DNA from: Raillietiella orientalis
Lineage: Eukaryota
DNA: 64,000 bases
Direction: 5' to 3'
NCBI GenBank assembly: GCA_036172245.1
Contig: JAYWIR010000004.1
Coordinates: 3,286,001 to 3,350,000 of the forward strand
Part shown: one piece after another, positions 1 to 12,200 of the stretch
How positions within the stretch are numbered: position 1 is the first letter of the stretch
Layout: the number at the start of each line of letters is the position of its first letter
Position numbers and translations under genes: made by a program
Notes under the pieces: generated by a model
Databases searched by the model: none
What the model was told of the DNA's origin: nothing
What the model saw: only the letters and a program-made list of their open reading frames with translations

Positions 1-1
1 T

Positions 2-325
2 CAGCTTAAGAACCAGGTTGGGTGGAACATTTCCATCGCAACTAGGAGGAGGCTGGCTGATCTCTGCAAGTGTCCACGCGATTCGTGAAGGCAGATCCAT
101 GGATGGCGGAAACTCCTCGGCCCTTTGGCAATAAGTATCAGCATGGCGCAAAATACACGAGAGCGCCGTGTGCGGCATCTTGCGCTTCAGCTGTTGGGCG
201 ACCACTTTTAAGAGTCCTGCAGTCCTGCGCTCAGGAACTTTAAGGGACCTTCTTCGAGTGTCGATATGATTGGGAGCAGTTATGCTAATAATAGAACCAT
301 CGCCAACGAAAGGTCTTGTGACTGG
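2..325 (-). CDS. Possible coding exon of an unidentified gene, open to the window edge
   Basis: 108 stop-free codons (PVTRPFVGDGSIISITAPNHIDTRRRSLKVPERRTAGLLKVVAQQLKRKMPHTALSCILRHAD...NLVLKL) follow an acceptor-like cttgatcttggtag/ccag and run off the window. I recognise no family. Confidence 0.3.
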
Positions 326-3300
326 CTACCAAGATCAAGGGAACTCTCTAAAATCTTGAGGGGGAGGGGGGGGGAATGATGTCCGATAAATATACACATG
401 TGAAGCTCACTTGAAGCACCTACATTTGAAGCACATTTGAGTCGCGTGCCCCTCTAATTTTTTAGCAACGGCTCTGGAAACAGCGAGAAGAGCAGGGACC
501 GGGGACCGGCGTTCCAATCTGCCTCCAAAGGAGTGCTCGTCCGCAGCAGCAAGAGCGTGAGTCGTGGGATACCTGTGATCCTGGAATCTGGAGAACGACA
601 AGGTCCATTGCTGAATGAATTGAAAATTCCCAAGAGGCAGACAAATCGCATTAAAAAAAAAATGGCGTGCTCGAACGTCCAGCATTTCCATGATGCGTAA
701 TGGAAGCGTTGGAAAGATCCCCTCCACTCAACCCCTTCCGCAATGAAGAAACCTTCAAGTATCACTGCCCTTTGATGACTCAGCAACGACTGTCTAATGT
801 TCCCAGGGGCTGAGTTTGGGGGGTTACAGATGCGAGCATTGCCTTGCCATGTGTTTAGCGACGCCTCGGAAAGCACTGCAGCTCCCTGGCGGCGCCAGCA
901 ACGGGAGGCGAATATCCGACGACCGTCCACTGATTCCCTTCAGTCTGCCACGACCGAATCCTTGTCGGCGATCTGCTCCCCTGCTGCAGCTGTAAGGCGT
1001 GGCCTCAGATATGAGGCTGCACGCGGGAATTCTTCGGAATGAAAGTGAGGGAGCTGCCTTGACGGTCCAGCAGGTGAACAATCTACGCTAACGGTTCCAG
1101 TGTGTTCCAGTGCCCTTGTGGTATCTGCCAGAAGTAAGGATCTTCGCTCCAGAGAGAGGATTCCAGACAAACCTACCGACGAGTCCAAAACTGAAGGAAG
1201 AGAAAGGGAAGCGAGGAACCTCGCCTGGGATCACGACCCCTTCCTAAGTAGTTCCGGAACGGGCGATTCCTGCCGTCTGGCAGTGGATTGTTCGCCTTCA
1301 TCGCACGCGTTCTCACAGGATTGGAGCCGATCTTGAAACGTGACAGAACATTCGAAACACTCTCTGTACGATTCCTTGTCTTCCGTTCCGGGATGGTAGC
1401 ATGAAGCACAGCGGTTGCACAGCGGCGTCTGGAAATACACGAGATGCACAAGGAATAATGCACGGTGGTCTCAAATTTCCAGCTGCTCGTTCGTCCAGAA
1501 ATGAGTTGGTTGCCGCTTTGAAGAAATGGATCGCAAGCTCACGAGGCAAGACGATGATGACCACGAGCAGAGCAACGATAACTTACTCCTGCTGTCCCAC
1601 ATCCGTTCTGGAAGGATCCAGACTTGCCCCTGGATATGAGATGCACTTTCAGGTTCCCGTTAGCGTTGCCCAGGATTCCATGATCTGCTCTTTGGAACAG
1701 GTTGTTTCGGTGTTGTGACAGTTCCACACCAAGATCTTTTTGCATGGATCCCTGGATCCTCTGCACTCCAATATGGTTATCTGGAGGTGAAATCTTCAGC
1801 TTCTGGGCCCAGACGTTTTGTTTTTTACCCATCGAAGCCCTTTCAAACTCTCTTGTTTGCTCCAGATACACTAGATGAGTTCACGTATCCCGCTACCTCA
1901 TGCTTGAAGAAAGAAAACGCTTTGAGTGATCACAAGAGAAGAAAGGAAAGATCAATCGTTGCAGATCAATCAGTGCAGATCGTTCTCATCATAACGGCAC
2001 TAGTGAGCTAAACTTCTCGAACTGCTTGATAAGTGTTCTATCTATGACAACGGCGGCTGTGGTTGCCTCTGAGATACAGAAGTTCTCTTGAAAATTTTCT
2101 GCCTTGAATAATGACATCGACGATGGATCCATTCCACATCCTTATCAGTTAAGTTTTTGGATGAAAAAACTCCTGGAGTCCACTGGTTGCTGGGCCCATG
2201 TATGTCCCCAAACTTGATATGCTACTCTGATCGGCATCTCTTCTGGAACGCATTCTTTTCCCACTTCTCAAGCTTAATATCTAAGAATTCAAGTGCATGA
2301 AAAGGGTATTCACAAACCTACTTTCACTTTTCCGGTGATGGTCGATACGGTGGAGTGATGACGTGGATGATAGTTGCTTACTCGGTTGCTTCTGGACGTT
2401 TATTCAAAAAGAACAAACAATCCAGGAACTAAGTTCCCAGACAAAGGTGCAGAAATCCAAGGGGAAGGCTCCCCGATGCACAGGTCGACCACACTGAAAG
2501 TCCAGAACGGGAGGGAGGGAACAATAAATAAATACGAAAAGAGATGGGGAGGGGGGGACAGGGATCTTTGATATCGGCCGTTCCTTTGTTTTAAAACCGG
2601 CGTTGAATACCGGCGATCCCCTTCCTGACTTCATCGCTGAGCTGAGGCCACCTGGCAACCGTCCTCGTGTTGGAGGCTGCAATTCTGGTGACCTCTGTTG
2701 GGGCCGCTCGTTACTTCAACACGTGGTGGGCCATGACGATGGCGCAGATGCAACAGGTCGTTGCGATGACCGCACCTAGCGAGAGGTCTCCGCGTGTGAA
2801 GAAGCGGCGCATGATATCAAGGACAGTGTCCCCTTGGTGCAGGAGCGCTGAAGATAGCCTCCTCCACAGTCCTTGGAGGGCATCGCAGTCGAAGATCAGG
2901 GGCGGGAGCGATTCCGCTGTTCCGAACCTTCTACAGTTCGGGAAGGCAAGTCTCCTGGAAACGAGGTGGGCGCGCTGATTGCAATGCAACAGCAGGAGCA
3001 CGTCGTTTCCACCGAAGAGGGAACACAGACGTGTCCACGCACGAGAGAGACGTGGATGATAGTTACTCTATGGGACACTGTGTTTCTTGGTTCGGTTTCT
3101 GCAGCCTCTTGGTCCAGTAGAGATATCAAGAGTATGGATTTAGGAGGATCAGGAAAGCAATGTTGTTTTCTGCGAAATGTACGCTTAGACTCATGAGTTT
3201 GCTTTCCGACTCATAAGAGAAGCGAGATTGCAGCTCTGCTCCCGCTTCCCATTGAAAGGCAAGAAAGTCTCGTTTCCATGCTTCTGTTGAAGCAGTCGCC

Positions 3301-4972
3301 CCAGCAATTTCTCTCAGGAAGAGGGCAGGAGAGGAAAGCTTGTCGTGGAGGAAGAGGAAAAGGTCAAGGGAATTGGACCAAGTGCTTCCATTAGAATGGG
3401 ATTCCCCATCGCTGATTTAAAGAGAGCATAATTTTCTTAGTGGGACTTTTTCTTACTGTCGTATAGCTTCTACTAAGAAGATTTTTTTTTTTTTGTTTGC
3501 GTCTTGTGAAGGTTTACAAACCCAGATTTCAGAGCGAGAAACTTGCAGAGATTTTTTTCTTTTTTCCATGATCTTTTGTCCTTTGAATTTTTAGAAATGA
3601 ACCGGGCGTTTCGGAAAGGCAGAAAAGACGTCATGCAGGACCACCGCTCGAAGCGGAGTAATTAAATCGTCATGATAGAATCGAGCATGCAAACGAGAGT
3701 GGTGCCTCTCGTTCTGGCACTGTTGATGTGTCAGAAATCTTTCTTCGTCTCTCTGGCTTCAGTGTGATATCTGCTTGTGTTCCTGACTGCTTTTGAAACA
3801 GTCAGAAACATCGGGAAGTGCTCCTGCTGAATTGGGAGCAGGCTTTCGCCTTCCGGGCCTAATCAGAATACGACTCCGACTTCTGCTAAACATCGCGGTC
3901 TTCGTCGTGTTGTGAGTGGTGCACAACAGAAATTTCCTTCCTGAATTGCTCTGCCAGGCTGATAAGGTGAGCAGCACGCGTTGCATTTACCTCGCACTGC
4001 ATTACATTACTGTCGCATGCATGTTGTTCTCGATCTTGTTGTTCTCACCAGTCAACTCACAAAGATTAGCCAAAGCAGTCTCCTCCCACAGAAAGGCCTC
4101 TCAGGATATAACCTTGAATCTTTGCAAACACTTGTTGGACAAGAAAGAGGAAACGAGAGAACTGCGCACTCTTCATTTTGCATAAAACTTAAGGCGCACA
4201 CAGGGAAAGTCGGCACACTGTTTGCAAGAGATGGAGGATGAAATTATTGAGGAGCTGAAAGAACAACCATCTGACGATCGCCGTGCTTAACTTACAGAAC
4301 AAGGCATCTGCTAACGGCAAACAAGGTCAGGAAAACACCCATGTGAAATTTTTTTACGTGGTTTTCCGGACCTTTTCCTATTCATTGCTTCTGATTGCTC
4401 ATCTTAAATGCCTTAAGGATTACGAAACTCCATTTCCCCTCTCTTGATACAGAAAAAACGAGCATGGATGTTCCACCAGTTTGCATAAACGTAGAATATC
4501 ACAGATCTATTATTCCTTGATTTTCCAGATGCTGGGCAGCTGTTTCTGGACCGTCTTTTTTTAATAATACACTACAAACCCAATTGCAGTAGTCATGTGG
4601 AAGAGAAGAATGTCTTTTCAGAGTCTGAAGAAATTGTTCGTTCGCAGGTCTCATGAGGATGTGCAGGAGTTTTTTTTTCTTTTTTGTCGTTTTTAACTCT
4701 TACCATTTATTGGGCCCAAACGAAATTCGATTTTTTGTGGATTTTTTTTTTTTGCGTGGGAGGAGGGGGAGGGACGTTCTGTTTGAGAAGACTCCAGTTT
4801 ACAATTCCTCGAAATCGTTTCGTTGTGTTTTTTTCTGAAGGGCATCCTATCCCGCGCAAAACATGCTCCTATTTTTCTTTTATAACCAATTCCTTGATTT
4901 CATAGTGAGGAATCAGCTGAGATCTGAATTATGAAATGTGAACGTTTCCTGTAGCACTTGTGAAAAAGGAAC

Positions 4973-4999
4973 GTGTGTGTGTGTGTGTGTGTGTGTGTG
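4973..4999. repeat. (GT)n microsatellite
   Basis: About 13 uninterrupted GT units. Confidence 0.95.
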
Positions 5000-7900
5000 A
5001 GTGAGTAAGTTAAATTTTCCTTATGGATTCTTCTTGCGCGTGGTAACGCTTTTCGAGACAGGTGCGCAGCTAAGTTTGTGTACCATTAGACTGTTAACAG
5101 CTTTTTGTGAAGCTTGGTTTCTTGGACATGCCTTGAAGAACATCTTAATTAACAGCTGGAGCATCGTGAAACCGTCCCTGTCTGCCGAATTCGCCCTCGA
5201 GAATTTCTTCACGTTTTCTACGGCGATTTCAATCATCCCCAGCGTTCCCGATGAAAAATCGAAAAGCGCTGCACCCAGCGCAATTTTAGAATGTGTACAG
5301 CCGAAACAATCTGTATACACTAAAATTATAAGCAACTAATGCAATCATAAGAAAGAGGAGATTTTTATGTAGGGACATGGAACTAGAAGAATGGAGCCTC
5401 GAGAATTTTTTCCAGGTTCCCTTCAAAGATGGGAACAAATAAGCCAACGACATGGTGCGTGTCGCGCAAGCCGTGTCTTATTCTGCGGTGCCGTCCTCGA
5501 TAGGAAAGACAGGAAGACAGTTTTCCACCATCTCCATTTCCGATGGAAGTGGGGCGCGGGAGCACCCTTCTAGGAGTAGTTCTGCACGTTAAGGTGCTGA
5601 TCCTTATTCGGAACCCTCAACTCAAAGGAGTCGGAAGACGTCTTGCGCTGAACAGAGAAACTGCGTCCTACGAAAACAAATGAAACGTTGCTACGTCACC
5701 CTCCCATGGTTCCGCTCGGTTCATCCCTGAAAATTCCTTTCGGTTGCTTCCATCCCTCCCATAATTAAGAATTCTCTTACCAGCATCTCGGATATGTACC
5801 ATCTTTTCTTTGTTTGCTTATTTGCTTTGTGATATCAGCGGAAACTATCCATCAGTTCTCGGCAACGAGCTTTCAGCTAAAGTCTGTTTATTCAATCGAC
5901 ACTCTTTCCTTCAGAAAAACAAGAGCATCGCAGAGTCTGCAGGCCTTTCGTTCAGCCTGCATCATCTAAAGAGATGGACTCCATGACACGTCTCGTGCAG
6001 AAGGGTGCTGGAATTCCTGAAGCAACAGCTGTGCTCCCTCCAGTGCTGCCACTTCAGATCGTTATCCCTGACACCTCTTCATTTACAGTACAAAGAGTAA
6101 CGTATTTGGAAACATGACTTCTTTCCATCATCCTCCATTGCGAAAGAGTCTGCTCCGAGAGATCGAATCGGTAACACCTTCGGTGCTCACGGCTATGTGA
6201 GCACGCCCGAATGCTTCCCGACCAACCTGCCAAGGTTCCAACGACCCAGAGATTGGAGTGACGAAAAGGAAGACTTTGAACGACGGCCTGAAGCTCTGGA
6301 TGCAGCCGCTGCGGAAGAAGCTAACATACTGTTTTGTCTGCGAGTCCACCAGTTGCGGCAATCCTCTCTAAAACACCAGTCAAATCACGCTCTTCGGCTT
6401 GGTGGGGGGAAAAAAGTCTTTCCTGGAGTTCGTATCAAGAGTGATGATATGAGTTTGGGGATCAAAGACAGAAACACCAAGGTACGAAGCATCCGACAAA
6501 TAATTCAGCAGCTTTTCAGCAGGTTCTTCAGTTCATTACGCAGATCCAACGAAGACCTTCGTTGCGAGAGATAGAGAGATTGATCCTTTGCCAGAGACAG
6601 ATCCTTTGCCATTCATCTTCTGCTGTCGACCAAAATCACAAGCCGTTCATCCGTCAAGAAAGAATCTGTTTTAAAAGGCAGTCTTGCGAGGAAGTAAATA
6701 TTTTTAGAACCGACGGATCTTCAACGAATTCTGATGTTTGCTCCCACCCCATCCACAGGTCCCAAGGATCGAAGGAACGCAAACAGTTCAGAAGACAGCA
6801 TTCCAGTCGTCACCTTCCTTGGAAGATATCATGAAGAGAACCTTCGCGATTCAATAACATGAGACCATCAGCACCTCTTCTAAACTGAAAGTGTTCTCCA
6901 TGATCGTAGCGATGTGCGGAACGGCGTTAAGATTCTTTGTGGTTCAGCTTCGCTTTAGCGCGCTAGTGGAGATGCGTTCCCTTTCCAAAGCAAATACGAA
7001 AAATCGGAGGAAAAGAATTCATACTGGAGAGCACTTGAAGGCCATAAAGAGTTTACCGTAAGTGATTTGTTTTGCACTGATGAACTGACGAATAGCCTGG
7101 ACCAACTGTCTATCCAGATTTAGAATGTTCTGGATCCCCTACGCCCAGTTTGAAAGAACTATACTTTTCTCCTTCCCTTATTCCCATCTCTCTTTGCCAA
7201 CGTGGCTCACTCCTCAGCACCTTGTTTTCCATCCTGTAGCCAAAATAAGACAGCCTTTGTCGCGTCATTATGGGCTGAGGGAGTTGCGACCAAAGAAACG
7301 AGGCTCCGAAGATGCGCTTCTCACTACAAGTAAGAAAAGAAGTGTGCCCTGGAAGATTTAAGGTTGGACAAAGCTGGATACCAGACCGATGAAATAGTGG
7401 TGAGTGAAGGACACTATCTGAATCTCTTGCATCACACGTCGAAGAGCAAGTTTGCGCGGTGGATCACTGGTGCAATTTTGTACTGGTGGCAGCACGTTTC
7501 GTCAGACGCGCCGCAACGGAAGAGCTGCACGTGCCCTTAATTTGGGATGGCTGCTCTTCAGGGTACTGCCTGTGATCGTGTGTGAACACGAAGGAAGCGA
7601 ACAAAGAAAATTGCTAAAGACTAGACAAACATACCACGTCACTCTCCAACACACGTAGCAAACAATCCGCAAATATCATACCGGAGTTCCACTTCCCCCC
7701 GATGTCCCCCAGAAATTTAGAAAAGAATCTGATGGTGAAAAACTAAAATCCTATGCTTCTCGAGACCACCATTGAGAGGTCCTGCCCCAGGCCACGAGGA
7801 ATAAATGTATTAGGAATTCTTGCAGTATGGTAGTTTGCTGGTGCTCGTTATAATTATTTACCTTCGATTAAAGCCAGTTCCTTAGACATAGCTCAGACGC

Positions 7901-9287
7901 TCATCTTTTGAACTACCTCCTGTACAGGCCGCTGGACCTTTGTTGGTCTCCGAACTTTCACTTTGCTTAAACGGTGAGCTGAAGGCAAACCAAACGACGT
8001 TCTTGTTAATTGCATGCAACTCAAGATCACTTTGCACTTCATGTGATTTGAATTGTTCTACTTTAGCTGACAGAAAAGCATTGAAAAAGAGAATGGCCGT
8101 TTGTTCTTCAAATTACTTAGAGGGCATTTGAAAACTTTATTATTCTTCAGCACACTTTCTACTTAATAATGCGTTAGCGAAGGATTAAAGGATTAACTAT
8201 AAGCCCTGCGAAATAAAATAAGGGATGTAGAAAAGCTGAACGTAATCCAGATGGCAAGTATTCCTGTTGGCAATGGGCTTATTCCTCGGGACCACCTTCA
8301 GATCCTTCCAAACTTGCTCCGGTCAATCCAAAGGATCCGTTTATCATCCTAATAATTTCTGCTTCCCGAATTGCATCATCAAAAAAATGGAGCTGAGAAT
8401 CTTGCAACTCTCTTTATTATCTACTAAATAACAAGCTAGACAATTTCACATCTTATGCCCTTTGCTACCGTTTCCATCGACTGTACTACTGATGTTACAT
8501 TTCCTTCCACATTTTTCACATCACATTCCCCTACAAGTACATGAGTAAAAAATGGAGCCCCCAAATCTTCGTCAATAAAATTTAAATCAAAACCAGGTCT
8601 CGGGTCTTAGTTTCCCCGTCCGAGTGGCACTCTGCAGATTGATGAGCCGCACTTTGTAAGGAATCTCGGCCGCTTGTGGCAAATTATTTTAAGAAATAGT
8701 TGGACGTTAAGTTGGACGTCTCTCTAAGTTCACATGGTGGCACAAACTAGGGCACGACGGTATTCTTATAATCCACTCTGAGGGTGTTTTCTTCGTATTG
8801 CTTAAGGGCCGATTTCAAATATGTCTTCAAGATTTCGACGCAAAACTTGCAAGGATATTAAGACAAACTTGGATTCCGGAAAACGAAAAATATTGTATCT
8901 TAGGGCATATAGAAAATGAAAAAAAAAAAAAAAAACATGAGATGACAAAGTAATGTTTTCAAACACCGTCGACAATTTTGTAAATTGTGAGCATCAGTGC
9001 TCTGAACGAAACATCTGACAAACAGCACAACTCTCTCCCTCTAAGCATTTCTGGCCAGGCAACTTGGCACATCTTTCATGTCACCTCAAAATAAAGGTAA
9101 GATTTAGCAAACTTCTCCATCGGACGAAGAAGAAACAGACTTCCATCAAGTTAGAACAGGAGATCTTTTCCATCATTAGATTACACAATATTTGCATCCT
9201 TACATAATGAATTAATGCAGCTCTTTGCATAAGATTTTTTTTTCGTCATGATGGTTTCATGGTTGGCTTTTATCAACAAATATCCAT

Positions 9288-12200
9288 TCAAAAAGCAAAT
9301 GACATACTCGGCAGTTCTCCTAATAGCTCGTTCAGAAATCTAACAATGTCTTGAAGCTCACTGCTCGGATTTTTTTTCAAAGAAACCACAAATAAATTCC
9401 AGCTCTTCTTAGATGCAACCCTTCCAGATGATAAGAATTCGACACGACTACCAAGGACGGGGTATCCAGTAAGAATACAAGATGAGGCAGTCTGTCCGGA
9501 CAGAGGATCATGCAAAGACCCTTCAAATACGCCGCGTTCATCTTTGGGCAGTGCGTGTTCCGTTTTCAAATCTATACTGGTGGCCAATACCCATTCTTTG
9601 GCTTCCTCATACTGTTCCTCCTGAATTGAAGGTGTTTCGGGTAGATTGAAACGGATTGGAATGTCTGTGTTGGCCAATTCGGAGAAATCAAGCAAACTAG
9701 AACTGCGGTCTTCGATGGCTTCATGGATATCCAAAAAATAATTCAGGAACACCAAGGCCATGCCATGCCATCCTTGTTCTCGGGCATCTGTACCCGCTTC
9801 GTAAAAAGCTTTATCTGGAGGTATGATATCAATATGACGCAATAAGGAAACGGATACTTGGGCAGCTATGCATTGCAAGGAAGGTACATTACGCATAGCA
9901 GAACGGATTGCGTAATAATGTGACACCAGAAGAAGTGGGTACATCTGGCAATGCTCCTGACTCCCTTCAGTAAGCTTAGTTGTCTGGAATCGCACATCGT
10001 TAGTTCAACCCAAGTAAGAAAAAGCTGGAGACCCACCAGCCGCAACAGCCAGTCTCTTAATGTGGCCCAACGCGGATACAAGCAACAGTCGGAGGAGTCC
10101 CGTGATGCTACGACTGAACGGAAAACGTGCCGATACGTGTCAAGAAACTGTCCATTCCGTAACGATGGCTTGTAGCGTTGGCACAGTCGCACCGCCTCAT
10201 CTAGTTGACACTCCTATTACAAGAACAAACATGGCAGGGTCATTCGACGCGCTCACTTTGATCAACACTTCAGCAATTCTTGCTAAATACGAATGAAACA
10301 CTTCCACACTCTGAGGTTCCGCAAGGTGCAGGCACTGTTCCCACTGTCTGCTAGCAAACAGCGTTTCCAGATCCGTGTTTTTTTTCGCTCCCTGACTTGC
10401 AAACTCACTGCTCTGGAGAGCATCACATCTATTTTTCACATATGGAAGCAAACTAGGAAACAATGGGTGGGCATACGTCAGATAAAGGATCAGATTGAGA
10501 ACCAACATACCTGGGCTCAAGCTCTTCTGCTATCCTTTGAGCCAGTTTACATTCTCCACCCTGAAGCAACGAATCGATGGCTTCTTGATACAAATCCAGT
10601 GTCAAATACATTTGTGCTGCAGCTCGGAATTGACCGGCAGCCGAAAGCTTGGCGCCTGTTCTCATGACAACTTGGAAGGCCTGATCAGGATGCATATTTT
10701 TCTGCGCTAATTCAACAGCATGGCCAAAAATGCGAATCAGGTTTTTTTGATCGACACTCTGATGCAAGTCGATCTGTAATGAAAATTTTATGAATGAAGA
10801 CAAGGGGCATCCTCTCCCACCTCCAAGTACTTTTCTACTGCTTTCACATATTCTCCCTGTCTTTCCAAATTCTTTGCAGTTTCTATTTTAACATTCACCC
10901 CGTCCTGGTCGTAAGAAAACTTGAGTCTATCCATCTCTTCCTGAAGCTCCCTCAAAGCAGATGGATAGTGCTTCTGGGCGAAACACAATGCTTCCGTCCA
11001 CATATTCTTTTCCTGAAAGAAGTCTTCAGTGGCAGGAACAAAAAGTTCACAATTTACTTTGTATACAAGGAGAACCAATTCGGGTCTCCTGGCCCTTAAG
11101 AGAAGGGATTCGAATTGCTGGTGGTCTCCAGTGTTTAAGACTGCTTTGGCTTGACAGCAGAGAACATCAACAACAGCGTTTTTGTCATGTTGCTCTGCTA
11201 TTCTTAGAGCATTACCCCAATCTTGCCTATGCAAATACATCAAAACAGCCTGATGCGCTTTATCAGCTTCCAGAAATTTGGTCTCAGCTCCATCAAAATT
11301 ATTCTCTTGTTCCAAAGCGGTTGCCCATTTCACGGAAACATCTTGAAGGAGATGAGGTGCGCCAGCTCGGCTCAACCCATGAGCATAATCAAACTAAATG
11401 TTCAATGTTCAAAGCAGTAAGTGGTCCCTATCATATTTACCAGTTTTTTGCCGCATGCCCAACTTATTGCATCCGATACCCAATTATATCTGGACAATAA
11501 CTTGATTCCTGCATCGATTCCTAGCGAATGTGCCCATACAAAGACTATCTGCTTGGTGGCATCGATGTCACCACTGTTTTTGGCCACCTTCGTTAATTAC
11601 AAAGTTTCGTGATCTGCTTCGGGAATCATACTCACTCTAGCTGCATCCTCCCAACGATCTTTTGAGCAATACATGGCTACAACGCTTTTCCAATCTTCTG
11701 CCTTAAGGAAATACATTTCTGCTTGTTGAAAGTTTTCCTCTTCAGCAAATTGCTTTCCTAAGTATTTGCACGTGGTTTGCAAAGCGTCAGGATGATGCAA
11801 AGAAATCAAGTTGAGCATTCGATTATAATGTTTATGCTTTTTGTACATGGCGATGGAAGTATCTGGTTCGCCCAATATCACGTACAATTGTTCTGCTTCT
11901 TGCAAATGACCTTCCTCTTCCTTTTTTATAGCATAGATCTTGAACATTGATGTTGCTTCTTCCTTTGATAAGAATCTCATTGCCAAGCTGAAAGCTCTTT
12001 CCCATTGACCTGAACAAACAAAGATGAATAAGAACCAGACAGACAGACAATCACTTCTGCACATTCACAAGAAAAAAATTTCATCTGAATTTCGATGGGG
12101 ATAATCATGGCCAGATGAATGTAGACGGACGCTCGATGAGATGGAAAAGATAGAGGAATACTCATTCTTTGAAGAATCTACTCATTTTAAAACCGTGAAC

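Noticed and set aside
6480..6900. Minus-strand frame interrupted only by TGA codons, hinting at recoding or selenocysteine
   Set aside because: The three real genes use the standard code with TGA as a stop. No homology supports this frame and I saw no SECIS.
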